Assembly (NCBI GenBank): GCA_964612335.1
Contig: CAZTDU010000014.1
Coordinates: 288-64,287 of the forward strand
From: an uncultured Enterobacteriaceae bacterium
Lineage (GTDB): Bacteria > Pseudomonadota > Gammaproteobacteria > Burkholderiales > SG8-39
Reading direction: 5' to 3'
Length of the DNA stretch: 64,000 nucleotides
The notes beneath the pieces were generated by a model. It was not told the DNA's origin and did not search any database. It worked only from the letters and a program-made list of their open reading frames with translations. The position numbers and the translations under genes were made by a program. Positions 51,101 to 64,000 of this stretch are shown in pieces (position 1 is the first letter of the stretch; every line of letters begins with the position of its first letter).

Positions 51101-52765
51101 GATCGCAAAGCGCACGCTTTCCTTCGGCGCCGAGAACGACTTCGCCGCGGACAGCGCGTACAGGCCGGCGCCGCGCTCGATGAGGATTTCCTTCGTCGTG
51201 CGCACGCGGTATGCGGCGCCGTCGGTGGCGAGCGCGGTCAGCACGTAGCGGCTGGGCTCGGTCGCCGCGGGCAGCGTGAACTGCGCCATGCCGTCGGCGT
51301 CGGTGGTGAGCGAGGTGCTCGCGAGCTTGAGCGCGAACTGCCCCGCGTAGCCGAGGTCGCCCTCGACCATGGTGAGGCGCTGCGCGCGCACGCCGAGTTC
51401 CACCTTTGCGCCGGGCACCGGCTTGCCGTCCGGATAGCTCAGCTGCAGCCGGCCGGAGATGGCATCGCCGGTCCGGTAGTCCCGCTTGTCGGTGACGAGC
51501 CCGATCTCGAAGTGCGGCTTCTGGTAGTCGGCGACGCGGAACGCCGCGCCATAGGCGTCGCCCTTGTAGGTGAAGCGCAGCTCGTAGCCGCCCGCGCCGG
51601 CGTTCTCCGGCAGGCGAAAGCTGGTGGCCGCCCCGGCATCGGCATCGAAGCGCACTTTCTGCGTCGCGACCGGAAAGCCGCCGGGATCGAACACCGAGAT
51701 GTCGAGCTCGGCGGCCGCCGCCGCGCGCGTTTCGCGCGCCGACAGGAGCTCCCGGCCGAGGAACTTCACGAACACCTCGTCGCCCGGCCGGTACAGCGGC
51801 CGGTCGGTCACCGCGTACAGGCGGGTGTTGTAGATCTCGCTGTCGTAGTAGTAGTTCTCGGAAACGAACACGCCGCCCGCCGGGTCTTCGCCGAACACAT
51901 AGGTCTTCTCCGGCGCGCTGCGCGAGAACACTGCCAGGCCGGAACGGTCGGTGGCCCCGCTTTGCAGCACGCCGACGCCGTCGGTCCACACCACTTTTGC
52001 GTTCGCCACCGGCCTGCCGTCGCCGCGCTCGGCGACCCACGCCAGCATCTGCCCGGCGGAGACCTTGGTTACCGCGACCGTGCTGGACACGAACACCAGC
52101 GTCGTCGCGCGATGCTCGCCGAGCAGCGCCTCGACCAGGTACAGCCCGGGTTCGCGCCTGCCGAGCGGGATCATCACGTTGCCCTGCTGCACGCGGATGA
52201 AGTTGCTCGAGGAGCCCGACAGCTTCACGCCCCTGGGCGGCTCGATCGGGCGCGCCAGCTCCACCGGGTAGCGGAAGCTGTCGGCGAGCACCATGCCCCG
52301 GATCGGCGCGTACTGCGGGTGCTGCGCCTCGGGTGCGCGCTTGCCGATCTGCGCATGCGTCTTCGTGCCCGGCGCCTGGCTGGTCACCGCAAGCCGCGCC
52401 TCCGGCGTAAAGAGCCTGCGCCACACCATGCGCGACTGCAGCCACCAGGTGTCCCAGACTCGCGCCAGGGCATTCGACAGGCCTTCGCCCGCGTAGGCGC
52501 CGGCAGCGTCGACGCGATGCAGGTTCTTCTGTTTCTGCAGGAATTCGAGCGGCTGAGGAATGCGGTACACGCGCAGGTCGACGCCGCCGTACGCCGCCAC
52601 CGCGTGCAGCGACGTGGCTTCGAGCCTCACCATGGCTTCTGCCTGCGGCGACCAGGAAGCATCCGACAGCAGGAAGAAGGGGTCGCCGCGCTCGGGCGCG
52701 TAGTCGGCGTGAAGCGGCGCGGCGAGGAGCGCGGCGACGATGAACGCAAGCGCGCGCAGCATCAT
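48176..52765 (-). CDS. yfaS: Bacterial alpha-2-macroglobulin, YfaS/MagD type
   Basis: 1529 aa; [36 protein letters not shown]; yfa operon context. Confidence 0.92.
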   Translation of the reverse strand: MMLRALAFIVAALLAAPLHADYAPERGDPFFLLSDASWSPQAEAMVRLEATSLHAVAAYGGVDLRVYRIPQPLEFLQKQKNLHRVDAAGAYAGEGLSNALARVWDTWWLQSRMVWRRLFTPEARLAVTSQAPGTKTHAQIGKRAPEAQHPQYAPIRGMVLADSFRYPVELARPIEPPRGVKLSGSSSNFIRVQQGNVMIPLGRREPGLYLVEALLGEHRATTLVFVSSTVAVTKVSAGQMLAWVAERGDGRPVANAKVVWTDGVGVLQSGATDRSGLAVFSRSAPEKTYVFGEDPAGGVFVSENYYYDSEIYNTRLYAVTDRPLYRPGDEVFVKFLGRELLSARETRAAAAAELDISVFDPGGFPVATQKVRFDADAGAATSFRLPENAGAGGYELRFTYKGDAYGAAFRVADYQKPHFEIGLVTDKRDYRTGDAISGRLQLSYPDGKPVPGAKVELGVRAQRLTMVEGDLGYAGQFALKLASTSLTTDADGMAQFTLPAATEPSRYVLTALATDGAAYRVRTTKEILIERGAGLYALSAAKSFSAPKESVRFAIRALRQQGMPPESWESIRLEDRKRATGRLADRAQLVIAFEQPGSYTVNLRDAAGNIVGAASHWVSGEGIAAPQGTIEIVLDRASYRPGDTASALITFPQPVDHALITLERDRVEKTALLVSGESWVNTTRVTPTQWRAALPVGEDYGPNITLSVAYVKAGEYAFQNQGLRVEQPKIDVRVKADKPVYAPGETVKLELAASIAGKPAAGARLTVSVVDEMVYVLQPEIAPDIFDFFYHPRRNNVRTSASLNFIGYDLARPRGRESAPSRRRSPERAVKVLERPRRDDRDTALWQPDLVAGADGRATLEFTMPDALTRWRITARAIDAAGVVGQSASHVRSDKALYVKWASPTWLRASDAPQASAALFNQGTEPVLAEFSARGAGLAKSERLTLNPGANFVRLPLDVSSGDASVTLSLAAAGQVVDSLSVPLKSVPVHWPGARSTSIAADAPLELPPDASGITVRFADSAAAQFRRVMDELIDYPHGCVEQTASRLIPYSLAVQSLVAGDERLAPRLTQQLHTQRFRLAQFAGPKAVFGWWSAPARDGDALLTAYAYYADWHASRALGLAMPAGHWDRLLEVYRSAGVKRSHWHRALMLYWMQELGLPIRSLAAALADELAARPAPATAQPAARADSLVLADDEQAGVDAMTRVLAVYVAQRAKAPLPPRLAKEQAATIESLRASGVPLAQALALMAKRGPAADAARVLQEVSADMATVDRALALVWIQRALGGAAPRGSDSGVTLDAPWEAVSSATGQRLWRLPAGAPLPSALPLAAPVPAGTQAIVSYASREPERSTLPLTIERRIWRLTRIDASAQPAAKPAARSGDGPPAPLDPAAAPAEYALEAVGANTPLQTDALYLDEIVLKPRLGARLRYGVVEVALPPGASADRSTWGIAVRKPGSKEAAALERARFESNPTGYAFPVEELTGELSIGHLLRVAQAGSYALPPVRYTRMYQPEQKAFEERPRARIEIR

Positions 52766-53394
52766 GCGCCGAGGAAGGCGAGCCGGAACACGCCGGCGAA
52801 GTTAGGGTTGCGGCGATCGGGCTGCCAGCGCGTGTCGCTCCAGCGCAGCAACTGCGGCAGGCCGACCGCGCGCAGCCCGTTGTCGTGCGGCGTTTCGGTC
52901 CCGGTGTGGTACGCGATCGACGTGCCCATCCATACCATCACGTGCTGGTCGTCGCCCTGGTCGAAAAAGAGCAGGTCCGCCGGCTGCGCGAGGTTGCAGT
53001 CGCGCGCCACCAGGCGCGTGTTTTCCTGCACCAGGTCGATGGCGCCGGCGTAGGCGGCGTGCGAGCCGTCGGCGAGCCGCCAGCGGTGGCGCAGCGCGGA
53101 GAGCTGCGCTGCGTCCAGCGCCGGTTCAGGCGGCACCGGGCGGCCGAGGAATCCGTTCGCCCGCCTCCATGCCGGGTCGTGCGCGCGCAGCGCTTCGGCG
53201 ACCGCGAAGCGCACCAGGCCGGCGCAGTCGCGATGATGCCAGCGCGGCGTCGGCCCGCGCTCGACCTGCGCCGAGACGATCAGCACCATCCAGGCGCGGA
53301 ATGCGCGCGATTGCTGCGGCGTGAGGCGGCCCGCCGCGAGCGCAGGCATCGCCGCCAGCGCCAGCAGCGCGCCGAGGAAGTCGCGACGCCTCAC
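52762..53394 (-). CDS. yfaT: DUF1175 YfaT/MagC-like protein
   Basis: [39 protein letters not shown]. Confidence 0.85.
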   Translation of the reverse strand: MRRRDFLGALLALAAMPALAAGRLTPQQSRAFRAWMVLIVSAQVERGPTPRWHHRDCAGLVRFAVAEALRAHDPAWRRANGFLGRPVPPEPALDAAQLSALRHRWRLADGSHAAYAGAIDLVQENTRLVARDCNLAQPADLLFFDQGDDQHVMVWMGTSIAYHTGTETPHDNGLRAVGLPQLLRWSDTRWQPDRRNPNFAGVFRLAFLGA

Positions 53395-55007
53395 TCGAGC
53401 GGCTCCCAGCGCGCCGGCTGCCAGCCGTCGCGACGTGCCGCGTCCTCATCCAGCACCAGGCGGTGCGCGGGATACTTCGCCAGCGCCGCGAGTCGCGGCG
53501 CGAGGTGCGTCTTCAGCGCCGCGGACAGCACCGACTCGTGCGCACGCGGCACCGCGGCGCCGGCCTCGCGGGCCACCATGTCCGCAAGCATGCGCGGCGT
53601 CACCACGGCGAGCGTGACGCCCTCGCGCGGCAGCTGGTCGGCGACGCCGGGATGCCTGCGTGCGATGGTGTCGATGGCAAGGTCCACCAGCGCGGCGTCG
53701 GGCGAGAACACGCCCAGCGTGCCGCTCGCGGCCAGCGTGGGCGCGGCGAGCAGCGCGGTGACGTGCCGGCGGGACGCATCCGGCGCGGCGCCCGCGGCGC
53801 GCCAGGTCTGCGCGCCGCCGCCTGCTTCCCGCCGCGGCAGCGCTGCCGGTTCGCGCGCCAGCGTCGCGTCCTTCTCCTGGCCGCTGCTGAAGCCGGGTTT
53901 GCGCAGCGCCCATTTCGCCATGCCGGCGAACAGCGCCTCGTTGTCGGCGGCGGATTTCGTCAGCCTGGCGACGAACAGCGGCGCGTACAGCGTCGAGTGC
54001 GGGTACCAGCAGGCGATGGCGCTGGATGCCTCCGGTACGTTGACCGCCTTCTGCGCCACCCTGGCCGGCATGCGTGCGTCCAGCGGCAGCAGCAGGCAGG
54101 CGCCGGCGTTGGCCGGCGCGGCGCTCCACAGCGCCGCGTCGTCGAATGCCTTGCGCGTCGTCTGTCCCGGGCGCAGCAGCAGCCGCGTGCTCCAGGTGTC
54201 GCCCGCGAGGTCGAAGCGCAGCGCCTCGATGCCGGGCACGAAATCCTCGTAGCCGAGCGCGAACGCCGAAGCGCCCACCGCCAGCGCGTGCGTCGAGCGC
54301 GCGGCGCCGAGGCGGAAACGGCTGGTCAGCGCGCCATCGGCGCGCAGCCACGAGGACAGCGCGTCGCGCGAGGCGGCGACGAAGCGGCCCCTGGCGTCCA
54401 GCAGCATGCCCGGGTCGGAGAGCACCGCGATGCGTTCGCCGCGCACCGCGATGATCAGCGTGCGCCTGGGGCCGATTCTCAATGCGTACACCGGGAAGTC
54501 GAGGCCGTGTCCCGCCGCATCCTGCAGCCGCGTGAGCTGCCTGTCCTTCAGCGCCACCGCGGCGGCCTGCTGCAGCACGCGCGCGATCGCGCCGCGCCGC
54601 ATCACCAGCGCATAGTGGCGCAGCGCGCCATTGCCGTCGCGCCAGAACGCGAGCTCGGCGGGCTCGTCCAGCGCCATGCCGAGGATGCGGTCCGACCAGT
54701 CGAGCCTGTGCTCCCAGGCGATGCGCCGCAAGCTTCCCTTGAGGCCGAGCCTGTCCTCGTGCTGCTCGTAGTAGAAGACGAAGTCCTCGGTAAGCACGTC
54801 ACGCAGCACCGGCACGCGCAACAGGTCGCGCGGCAGCTTCGACAGGCTTGCCGACATGATCGCCGCGTCGGGCGCGGCGAGGTCGACCGCGAGGCGCGTC
54901 GCCGTCAGCGTGGCAGGTTTCCAGAGGAAGTGTCGATAGGCGAGGGCGGCCGCGATCGCGACGAGCACGACGGCGGCGGCAAGCAGGCTGATGCGGAGGG
55001 TGCGCAC
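53391..55007 (-). CDS. yfaA: DUF2138 YfaA/MagB-like protein
   Basis: [38 protein letters not shown]. Confidence 0.85.
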   Translation of the reverse strand: MRTLRISLLAAAVVLVAIAAALAYRHFLWKPATLTATRLAVDLAAPDAAIMSASLSKLPRDLLRVPVLRDVLTEDFVFYYEQHEDRLGLKGSLRRIAWEHRLDWSDRILGMALDEPAELAFWRDGNGALRHYALVMRRGAIARVLQQAAAVALKDRQLTRLQDAAGHGLDFPVYALRIGPRRTLIIAVRGERIAVLSDPGMLLDARGRFVAASRDALSSWLRADGALTSRFRLGAARSTHALAVGASAFALGYEDFVPGIEALRFDLAGDTWSTRLLLRPGQTTRKAFDDAALWSAAPANAGACLLLPLDARMPARVAQKAVNVPEASSAIACWYPHSTLYAPLFVARLTKSAADNEALFAGMAKWALRKPGFSSGQEKDATLAREPAALPRREAGGGAQTWRAAGAAPDASRRHVTALLAAPTLAASGTLGVFSPDAALVDLAIDTIARRHPGVADQLPREGVTLAVVTPRMLADMVAREAGAAVPRAHESVLSAALKTHLAPRLAALAKYPAHRLVLDEDAARRDGWQPARWEPLE

Positions 55008-55021
55008 GGCTGATGCCGATA

Positions 55022-57904
<2,883 letters not shown>

Positions 57905-57997
57905 ATGGAAGTCCCGGAGAGGGTAACTTGCTACTATAGCGGTTTCCCCTTGCCCGTCTCCAGCTTCGCTGTTCCCCCTGTGAACGATCCCATACGC

Positions 57998-59206
57998 ATG
58001 TCGCCCGCGGAAATCCGCGCCGGCGCGAGCCTCGCCGGCGTGTTCGGCCTGCGCATGCTGGGACTGTTCATCATCCTGCCCGTGTTCGCGGTGCACGCCC
58101 CCGGGCTTGCCGGCGGTGACGACGTGCTGCTGGTGGGAATCGCGCTGGGCGCCTACGGCCTGACGCAGGCGGTGCTGCAACTGCCCTTCGGCATCGCGTC
58201 GGATCGCTGGGGCAGAAAGCCGGTGATCGCCGCCGGCCTTCTGATATTTGCCGCGGGAAGCTTCCTTGCCGCGTTCTCGACCGACATCTGGACGACCATC
58301 GCGGGCCGGGCGCTGCAGGGGGCCGGGGCGATCTCGTCCGTGGTGGTGGCGCTGGCCGCGGACCTGACGCGCGAGCAGCACCGCGCCAAGACCATGGCGA
58401 TGGTTGGCGCATCGATCGGATTCATGTTCGCGCTGTCGCTGGTGGCGGCGCCGGCGCTCTACGGGCTGATCGGCATGGGAGGCCTGTTCGCGCTCACCGG
58501 AGTGCTGTCGCTCGCGGCGCTGTGGCTGGTGCTGGTCGTTGTCCCGGCTGCGCCCACGATTCCGCGCGCCGCGCGCGGCGAGGGCGGCCTCGCGCGGGTG
58601 CTGGCGCCTGAGCTCTTGCGCCTGGACGCGGGCATCTTCGTACTGCACCTCGTACAGATGGCGATGTTCGTCGTCGTGCCGCCGCTGATCGTCGAGGCCG
58701 GCCTGCCGATGGCCGCGCAATGGAAGCTGTACCTGCCGGTGGTGCTGGCGTCGTTCGCCATCATGGTGCCGGCGATCCTGCATGCCGACCGCCGCAACAG
58801 CGCCAAGCCGGTGATGCTGGCGGCGATCGCGCTGCTTGCCGCGTCCCAGCTGGCGATGGGACTGTTTTCCCCCGGCATCGCGCTGCTGGCGACCGGGCTG
58901 CTGGTGTTCTTCGTCGCCTTCAATGTGCTCGAGGCGTTGATACCATCGCTGGTGTCGCGCATCGCGCCGGCGCATGCACGCGGCGCGGCGATCGGGGTAT
59001 ACAACACGACCCAGACCCTGGGACTGTTTTTCGGCGGGCTGGGCGGCGGCTGGATCGCCAAGCTGTGGGGCGCGCCGGCGGTGTTCGCGGCCTGCGGCGT
59101 GCTGTCGCTGGCCTGGCTGGGAATCGCCGCAGGAATGCGGCAGGTCCGGGCGCCGGCGGTCAACGCCGGCTCCGGTTTTGCGTTGGGTGAGAAGCCGCGC
59201 ACGTAA
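57998..59206 (+). CDS. MFS transporter (YajR-like)
   Basis: [30 protein letters not shown]; conserved uvrA-MFS-ssb context. Confidence 0.9.
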   Translation: MSPAEIRAGASLAGVFGLRMLGLFIILPVFAVHAPGLAGGDDVLLVGIALGAYGLTQAVLQLPFGIASDRWGRKPVIAAGLLIFAAGSFLAAFSTDIWTTIAGRALQGAGAISSVVVALAADLTREQHRAKTMAMVGASIGFMFALSLVAAPALYGLIGMGGLFALTGVLSLAALWLVLVVVPAAPTIPRAARGEGGLARVLAPELLRLDAGIFVLHLVQMAMFVVVPPLIVEAGLPMAAQWKLYLPVVLASFAIMVPAILHADRRNSAKPVMLAAIALLAASQLAMGLFSPGIALLATGLLVFFVAFNVLEALIPSLVSRIAPAHARGAAIGVYNTTQTLGLFFGGLGGGWIAKLWGAPAVFAACGVLSLAWLGIAAGMRQVRAPAVNAGSGFALGEKPRT

Positions 59207-59227
59207 ACGACTCTAGGAGGGACGCTC

Positions 59228-59683
59228 ATGGCATCGGTCAACAAGGTCATCATCATCGGCAACCTGGGCGCCGACCCGGAAACGCGCTACCTGCCCAGCG
59301 GCGAGGCGGTCACCAACATCCGCGTGGCCACCACCGAGAAGTGGAAGGACAAGGCCTCGGGCGAGATGAAGGAGGCAACCGAATGGCACCGCATCTCCTT
59401 CTTCGGGCGGCAGGCGGAGATCGCCGGGGAGTACCTGCGCAAGGGCTCACAGGTCTACGTCGAGGGCAGCCTGCGCACGCGCAAGTGGCAGGACAAGGAA
59501 ACAGGCAAGGACCGCTATTCCACCGAGATTCGCGCAGACAGCATGAAGATGCTCGGCTCGCGCCCGGGCGGCGGCGAGCCGCGTGACGATGGCGATGCGC
59601 CCGCGCGCAGCGCCGCCAAGCCTGCTCCTGCGAAGAAGCCTGCCGGCAAGTTCGAGGACATGGAAGATGACATCCCGTTCTAG
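59228..59683 (+). CDS. ssb: Single-stranded DNA-binding protein
   Basis: [22 protein letters not shown]-terminal DDIPF. Confidence 0.97.
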   Translation: MASVNKVIIIGNLGADPETRYLPSGEAVTNIRVATTEKWKDKASGEMKEATEWHRISFFGRQAEIAGEYLRKGSQVYVEGSLRTRKWQDKETGKDRYSTEIRADSMKMLGSRPGGGEPRDDGDAPARSAAKPAPAKKPAGKFEDMEDDIPF

Positions 59684-60173
59684 CGCGATCCGCACCAGGC
59701 TCCTGGTCGCCGCAGTGCTGTCGGTCGCCTGTGCCATCGCCCAGGCCCAGGCGCCGATGTACCGCTCGACCATGAAGGATGGCAAGAAGGTGATCTCGGA
59801 CAGGCCGATGCCTGGCGCGGTCAAGGTCGAGGAACTCAGGCTGCGCCAGGGCAATTACGCACCCGGCGCGCCGGTGCCGCAGTCGGCGCCGACCGGTTCC
59901 GATACACCGGAGCCGAAAGCGCAGGACGCGAATGCGCAGCGGCGCGCGAAGGCACAGAAGGAACTCGCTGAGGCGCAGCGCGCCTACGATGAGGCGCTCG
60001 CCAGGCAGGAGAAGGGAAAGGCGGAGGGGCCAGGCGATCGCATCGGCACGGCGAAGGGCGGAGCACGCATCTCGGATGCCTACTACAAGCGCCAGGAGGC
60101 GCTCGAGGCGGAAGTGGATGCGGCGCGCGATCGCCTGAGCGCTGCGAAGGAAGCGGCGCAGGACAACCGCTGA
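59667..60173 (+). CDS. Secreted hypothetical protein (DUF4124-like)
   Basis: Signal peptide, [17 protein letters not shown], coiled-coil C-terminus. Confidence 0.65.
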   Translation: MTSRSSAIRTRLLVAAVLSVACAIAQAQAPMYRSTMKDGKKVISDRPMPGAVKVEELRLRQGNYAPGAPVPQSAPTGSDTPEPKAQDANAQRRAKAQKELAEAQRAYDEALARQEKGKAEGPGDRIGTAKGGARISDAYYKRQEALEAEVDAARDRLSAAKEAAQDNR

Positions 60174-60229
60174 GGCCATCCTCCGGCATGGTGCGCTGCG
60201 GTACAATCCATGCCTCAGGAAGACAGTCC

Positions 60230-60565
60230 ATGCCCATCTACGAATACAAATGCGCGGAATGCGGATTCCGCGACGAGCACCTGCAGAAGCTGGGCGAGCG
60301 CCCGCTGAAGGTCTGCCCATCGTGCGGCAGGAAGTCATACAAGAAGCAGTTGAGCGCGGCGGGTTTCCAGCTGAAGGGCAGCGGCTGGTACGCGACGGAC
60401 TTCAAGGGCGGCGGCAAGGCTCCGGCGGCCGACGAGCCGAAGGCCGACTCCAAGGCGGACGCCAAGGCAGAAGGAAAACCGGACGCGGCGCCCGCTGGCA
60501 AGGCTGCGGCAACGAGCGACGCCAAGCCGGCGAAGAAGGCCAAGCCGGAGGCGGCGTCGGCCTGA
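60230..60565 (+). CDS. FmdB family zinc ribbon protein
   Basis: MPIYEYKCAECG..CPSCG..GFQLKGSGWYATDF. Confidence 0.93.
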   Translation: MPIYEYKCAECGFRDEHLQKLGERPLKVCPSCGRKSYKKQLSAAGFQLKGSGWYATDFKGGGKAPAADEPKADSKADAKAEGKPDAAPAGKAAATSDAKPAKKAKPEAASA

Positions 60566-60595
60566 AGCCGCTGCGCGGCTGGCGGCGCACTGCAT

Positions 60596-60618
60596 GCCCG
60601 GCAAGTGCCGGGCTTTTT
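60596..60618 (+). terminator. Rho-independent terminator
   Basis: GCCCGGCA-AG-TGCCGGGC-TTTTT. Confidence 0.7.
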
Positions 60619-60638
60619 GTTTGGGAAGCCGAGGGACC

Positions 60639-61259
60639 GTGAAGAAATACCTTATCACCGGGCTGCTCATCTGGATTCCCCTGGTCATCACGATCTGGGT
60701 GCTGAAGCTCGTCGTCGACACGCTGGACCAGACGCTGCACCTGCTGCCCGACGCGTGGCGCACGGAGAAGTGGCTGGGCGTGCACGTCCCGGGCATGGGA
60801 GTGATCCTGACGCTGCTGATCGTGCTGGGCACGGGGATGCTGACGGCGAACATCGTCGGCGCGAAGCTGGTGGACTGGTGGCACGAGATCCTGCACCGCA
60901 TCCCGGTGGTGTCGTCGATCTATTCCAGCGTGAAGCAGGTGAGCGACACGCTGTTTTCCTCGAGCGGGCAGGCGTTCCGCAAGGCGGTGCTGGTGAAGTG
61001 GCCTCGCGACGGCATGTGGACCATTGCCTTCCTGACCGGGGTGCCGGGCGGGGACGTCGTCAATCACCTGCATGGCGACTATGTCAGCATCTACGTGCCG
61101 ACCACGCCCAACCCGACCGGTGGCTATTTCGTCATGATGCCGCGCAGCGAGGTCATCGAGCTCGACATGAGCGTGGACGAGGCGCTCAAGTACATCATAT
61201 CCATGGGCGTCGTCTCGCCCGGCGGCGGCGGCAGGAACGGCAAGAACGGCAGGAGTTGA
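60639..61259 (+). CDS. DUF502 membrane protein
   Basis: [32 protein letters not shown]. Confidence 0.92.
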   Translation: MKKYLITGLLIWIPLVITIWVLKLVVDTLDQTLHLLPDAWRTEKWLGVHVPGMGVILTLLIVLGTGMLTANIVGAKLVDWWHEILHRIPVVSSIYSSVKQVSDTLFSSSGQAFRKAVLVKWPRDGMWTIAFLTGVPGGDVVNHLHGDYVSIYVPTTPNPTGGYFVMMPRSEVIELDMSVDEALKYIISMGVVSPGGGGRNGKNGRS

Positions 61260-61263
61260 ATCG

Positions 61264-63039
61264 ATGCGCACCCACTACACCGGCGGGCTTTCCTCCGCCC
61301 TGATCGGCCAGGTCGTCAGCATCGCGGGCTGGGCGCAGCGCCGTCGCGACCATGGCGGCGTGATCTTCATCGACCTGCGCGACCGCGACGGGCTGGCGCA
61401 GGTGGTGTGCGATCCCGACAGGCGCGAAGCGTTCGCCGCCGCCGAGCGCGTACGCAACGAATTCGTGCTCAGGGTCACCGGGCTGGTGCGCGCCCGCCCG
61501 GCGGGCACGGTGAACCAGAACCTCGCATCGGGCGAAGTCGAGGTTTTCGCGCATGACGTCGAGATCCTGAACGCGTCGATCACGCCGCCATTCCAGCTCG
61601 ACGACGAGAACCTGTCCGAGACGGTACGCCTCGAGCACCGCGTGCTCGACCTGCGCCGCGAGCAGATGCAGAAGAACCTGCGCACGCGCCACCGCGCCGC
61701 GTCCTCGGCACGCCGCTACCTCGACGCGCACGCCTTCGTCGACATCGAGACGCCTTTCCTCTACAAGTCGACCCCGGAGGGCGCGCGCGAATTCCTCGTG
61801 CCATCCCGGCTGCATGACGGACATTTCTACGCGCTGCCGCAGTCGCCGCAGCTGTTCAAGCAGATGCTGATGATCGCGGGATTCGACCGTTACTACCAGA
61901 TCGTGAAGTGCTTCCGCGACGAGGACCTGCGCGCCGACCGTCAGCCGGAGTTCACGCAGATCGACATCGAGACCTCGTTCCTCGCCGAGCGCGAGATACA
62001 CGCGCTCATGGAGGGGCTGGTGCGCCACATGTTTCGCGAGGCGGCCGGCATCGAACTGCCCGATCCTTTCCCGGTGATGCGCTATGACGACGCGATCCGT
62101 GACTATGGCGTCGACAAGCCCGACCTGCGCGTCAGCCTGAAGCTCACCGAGCTGACGGACGTGATGAAGGACGTCGACTTCAAGGTCTTTTCAGGGCCCG
62201 CGAATTCGCCCGGCGGCCGCGTGGCCGCGCTTTGCCTGCCCGGCGGCGGTACGCTGACGCGCGGCGAGATAGACGCGCTCGGCGAGTTCGTCAAGGGGCA
62301 TGGCGCCAGGGGCCTCGCGTGGATCAAGGTGAACGCTGCCGCGAAGGGTGCCGAGGGCCTGCAGTCGCCGATCGTGAAGAACCTGCACGCCAGGGCGCTT
62401 GCCGAGATCCTCGCGCGCACCGGCGCGCAGGACGGTGACCTCATTTTCTTCGGCGCGGACCGGGCCAACCGGGTGAACGACTCCATGGGCGCGCTGCGCC
62501 AGAAGCTTGGCCATGAGCGCGGGCATGCCGAGCCGGGCTGGAAGCCGCTCTGGGTGGTGGACTTCCCGATGTTCGAGCAGGACGAGGCGAGCGGGGAATG
62601 GAAGGCGCGCCATCACCCGTTCACCAGCCCTCAGGACGGCCACGAGGCGTACCTTGAATCGGCGCCCGGGCAGGCGTACGCGAAGGCGTACGACATCGTC
62701 ATCAACGGCTGGGAGATCGGTGGTGGCTCGGTGCGCATCCATCGCCCGGAGCTGCAGCAGCGGGTGTTCCGCGCGCTGAATATTTCGCCCGAGGAGCAGC
62801 GTGCGAAGTTCGGCTTCCTGCTGGATGCGCTGCAGTATGGCGCGCCGCCACATGGCGGCATCGCCTTCGGGCTGGATCGCATGGTCGCGCTGATGACCGG
62901 CGCGGAGGCGATTCGCGATGTCATCGCGTTCCCGAAGACGCAGCGCGGGCAGGATCTGCTCACCGGCGCACCGACGCCGGCAACCGAGAAGCAGTTGCGC
63001 GAGCTGCACCTGCGGCTGCGCAACCCGCCGCCTCAGTAG
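61264..63039 (+). CDS. aspS: Aspartate--tRNA ligase, likely non-discriminating
   Basis: MRTHY, RRRDHGG (His) and RPAGTVN (Gly) as in ND-Asp[28 protein letters not shown]. Confidence 0.97.
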   Translation: MRTHYTGGLSSALIGQVVSIAGWAQRRRDHGGVIFIDLRDRDGLAQVVCDPDRREAFAAAERVRNEFVLRVTGLVRARPAGTVNQNLASGEVEVFAHDVEILNASITPPFQLDDENLSETVRLEHRVLDLRREQMQKNLRTRHRAASSARRYLDAHAFVDIETPFLYKSTPEGAREFLVPSRLHDGHFYALPQSPQLFKQMLMIAGFDRYYQIVKCFRDEDLRADRQPEFTQIDIETSFLAEREIHALMEGLVRHMFREAAGIELPDPFPVMRYDDAIRDYGVDKPDLRVSLKLTELTDVMKDVDFKVFSGPANSPGGRVAALCLPGGGTLTRGEIDALGEFVKGHGARGLAWIKVNAAAKGAEGLQSPIVKNLHARALAEILARTGAQDGDLIFFGADRANRVNDSMGALRQKLGHERGHAEPGWKPLWVVDFPMFEQDEASGEWKARHHPFTSPQDGHEAYLESAPGQAYAKAYDIVINGWEIGGGSVRIHRPELQQRVFRALNISPEEQRAKFGFLLDALQYGAPPHGGIAFGLDRMVALMTGAEAIRDVIAFPKTQRGQDLLTGAPTPATEKQLRELHLRLRNPPPQ

Positions 63040-63045
63040 CACCGC

Positions 63046-63384
63046 ATGCGCGCCCTGGTCGCGCTGCTGTTCCTCGCGTTCGTGCAGGGCGCGGCGGCGT
63101 TCGCCGGCATCGGCGAAGTCAGGACCGAGCAGCTGCCCGCGGAGGCGCGGCAAACGCTCGAACGGATCAGGCAGGGCGGCCCTTTTCCGTACCAGCGGGA
63201 CGGCATCACGTTCCACAATCGCGAACGCCTGCTGCCCGCGCGGCCGCGCGGGCACTACCGCGAGTACACGGTGAAGACGCCGGGCAGGCGCGATCGCGGC
63301 GCGCGGCGGATAGTCGCGGCGAGCTCGGGCGAGTTCTACTACACCGACGACCACTACCGCAGTTTCCGGAGGATCGTGGAATGA
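63046..63384 (+). CDS. Secreted guanyl-specific ribonuclease (barnase / RNase Sa family)
   Basis: Signal peptide; GGPFPY..DG..F.NRE..LP, YREYTV, RGARRI, YYTDDHY. Confidence 0.9.
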   Translation: MRALVALLFLAFVQGAAAFAGIGEVRTEQLPAEARQTLERIRQGGPFPYQRDGITFHNRERLLPARPRGHYREYTVKTPGRRDRGARRIVAASSGEFYYTDDHYRSFRRIVE

Positions 63385-63812
63385 GCAAGCTGCTGGCACG
63401 ACTGTCCGACGCCACGCGCTCGGGCGTTTTCTGGACGCATGGCGACGCCGAGGTGCGCGATGCGACCAGGGGTAGCGCGCTGGACGTCGTCCGCATCGAT
63501 CTGCGCCCGGTGACGACGAAGGCGGCGCTGCTCGACGCGTTCTCGCGCGCGCTCGGCTTTCCCGACTGGTTCGGCGGCAACTGGGACGCGCTCGAGGACT
63601 GCCTGGGAGACCTGTCCTGGCGTAGCGGCGAGGGGCTGGTGCTGCTGCTCGAGGGGGGCGGCGGGATCGCGCCGGACGACCTCGGCGTGCTGCGCGACAT
63701 CCTCGAATCGTGCGCGCAATCCTGGGCCGCGCGCGGCAAGCCGTTCTTCGCCGCCTTCGTCGGCGGCAACAACCCGATGGCATTGCCGGAGCTGTTCCGC
63801 CGCCGGGCATGA
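63381..63812 (+). CDS. Barstar family RNase inhibitor
   Basis: FPDWFGGNWDALEDCLGDL; ATGA overlap with the RNase. Confidence 0.9.
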   Translation: MSKLLARLSDATRSGVFWTHGDAEVRDATRGSALDVVRIDLRPVTTKAALLDAFSRALGFPDWFGGNWDALEDCLGDLSWRSGEGLVLLLEGGGGIAPDDLGVLRDILESCAQSWAARGKPFFAAFVGGNNPMALPELFRRRA

Positions 63813-64000
63813 AGCTTCCGGTATCGGTGCTGGTCGTGATTCACACGCCCGCGCTGGACGTGCTGCTGCTCGAGCGCGCACAGCGGCCAGGCTACTGGCA
63901 GTCGGTCACCGGCTCGCTCGATCGCCTGGACGAACCTCTCGCGCACGCCGCGCTGCGCGAAGTGCACGAGGAAACGGGCATTGCCGCCGCGGAAGAGGCG
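63809..64000 (+). CDS. nudB: Dihydroneopterin triphosphate diphosphatase (Nudix), partial
   Basis: KLPVSVLVVIHT..VLLLER..WQSVTGS..AALREVHEETG; follows aspS. Confidence 0.88.
   Translation, partial: MKLPVSVLVVIHTPALDVLLLERAQRPGYWQSVTGSLDRLDEPLAHAALREVHEETGIAAAEEA

Noticed and set aside
57905-57997. LexA (SOS) box upstream of uvrA
   Set aside because: No CTGT-N8-ACAG match found in the intergenic region

Overview
A very GC-rich 64 kb chromosomal segment from a betaproteobacterium, inferred from the uvrA-MFS-ssb and FmdB-DUF502-aspS-nudB gene orders and a Bug/TctC gene. Housekeeping and metabolic genes flank several accessory blocks. (1) A probable CCUCC-loop small RNA upstream of metY. (2) An ECF sigma / anti-sigma / secreted-protein triad. 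(3) A catabolic-type reductive dehalogenase next to a complete bufferin RiPP cluster (DUF2282-DUF692-DUF2063-DoxX), a DUF547 gene and a haloacid dehalogenase. (4) A lower-GC heavy-metal block: merR-merTPA plus a second MerR fused to an HMA domain, a CcdA-like protein, a P1B ATPase with a non-canonical transport site and a DUF3179 CxxC protein. Three mer-type promoters, all with 20-bp spacers, precede these genes, and a decayed sigma/anti-sigma relic ends the block. (5) An integrase-less integron remnant with one textbook gene cassette and attC, an attI-like palindrome and two toxin-antitoxin modules. (6) A LysR-divergent NahD-like / Bug / sulfatase / aldolase cluster. (7) A six-gene yfa/mag alpha-2-macroglobulin operon whose A2M retains an intact CVEQ thioester motif. 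No rRNA, tRNA, CRISPR array, transposase or intact integrase was seen. All family assignments come from motif recognition by eye, not from database searches.
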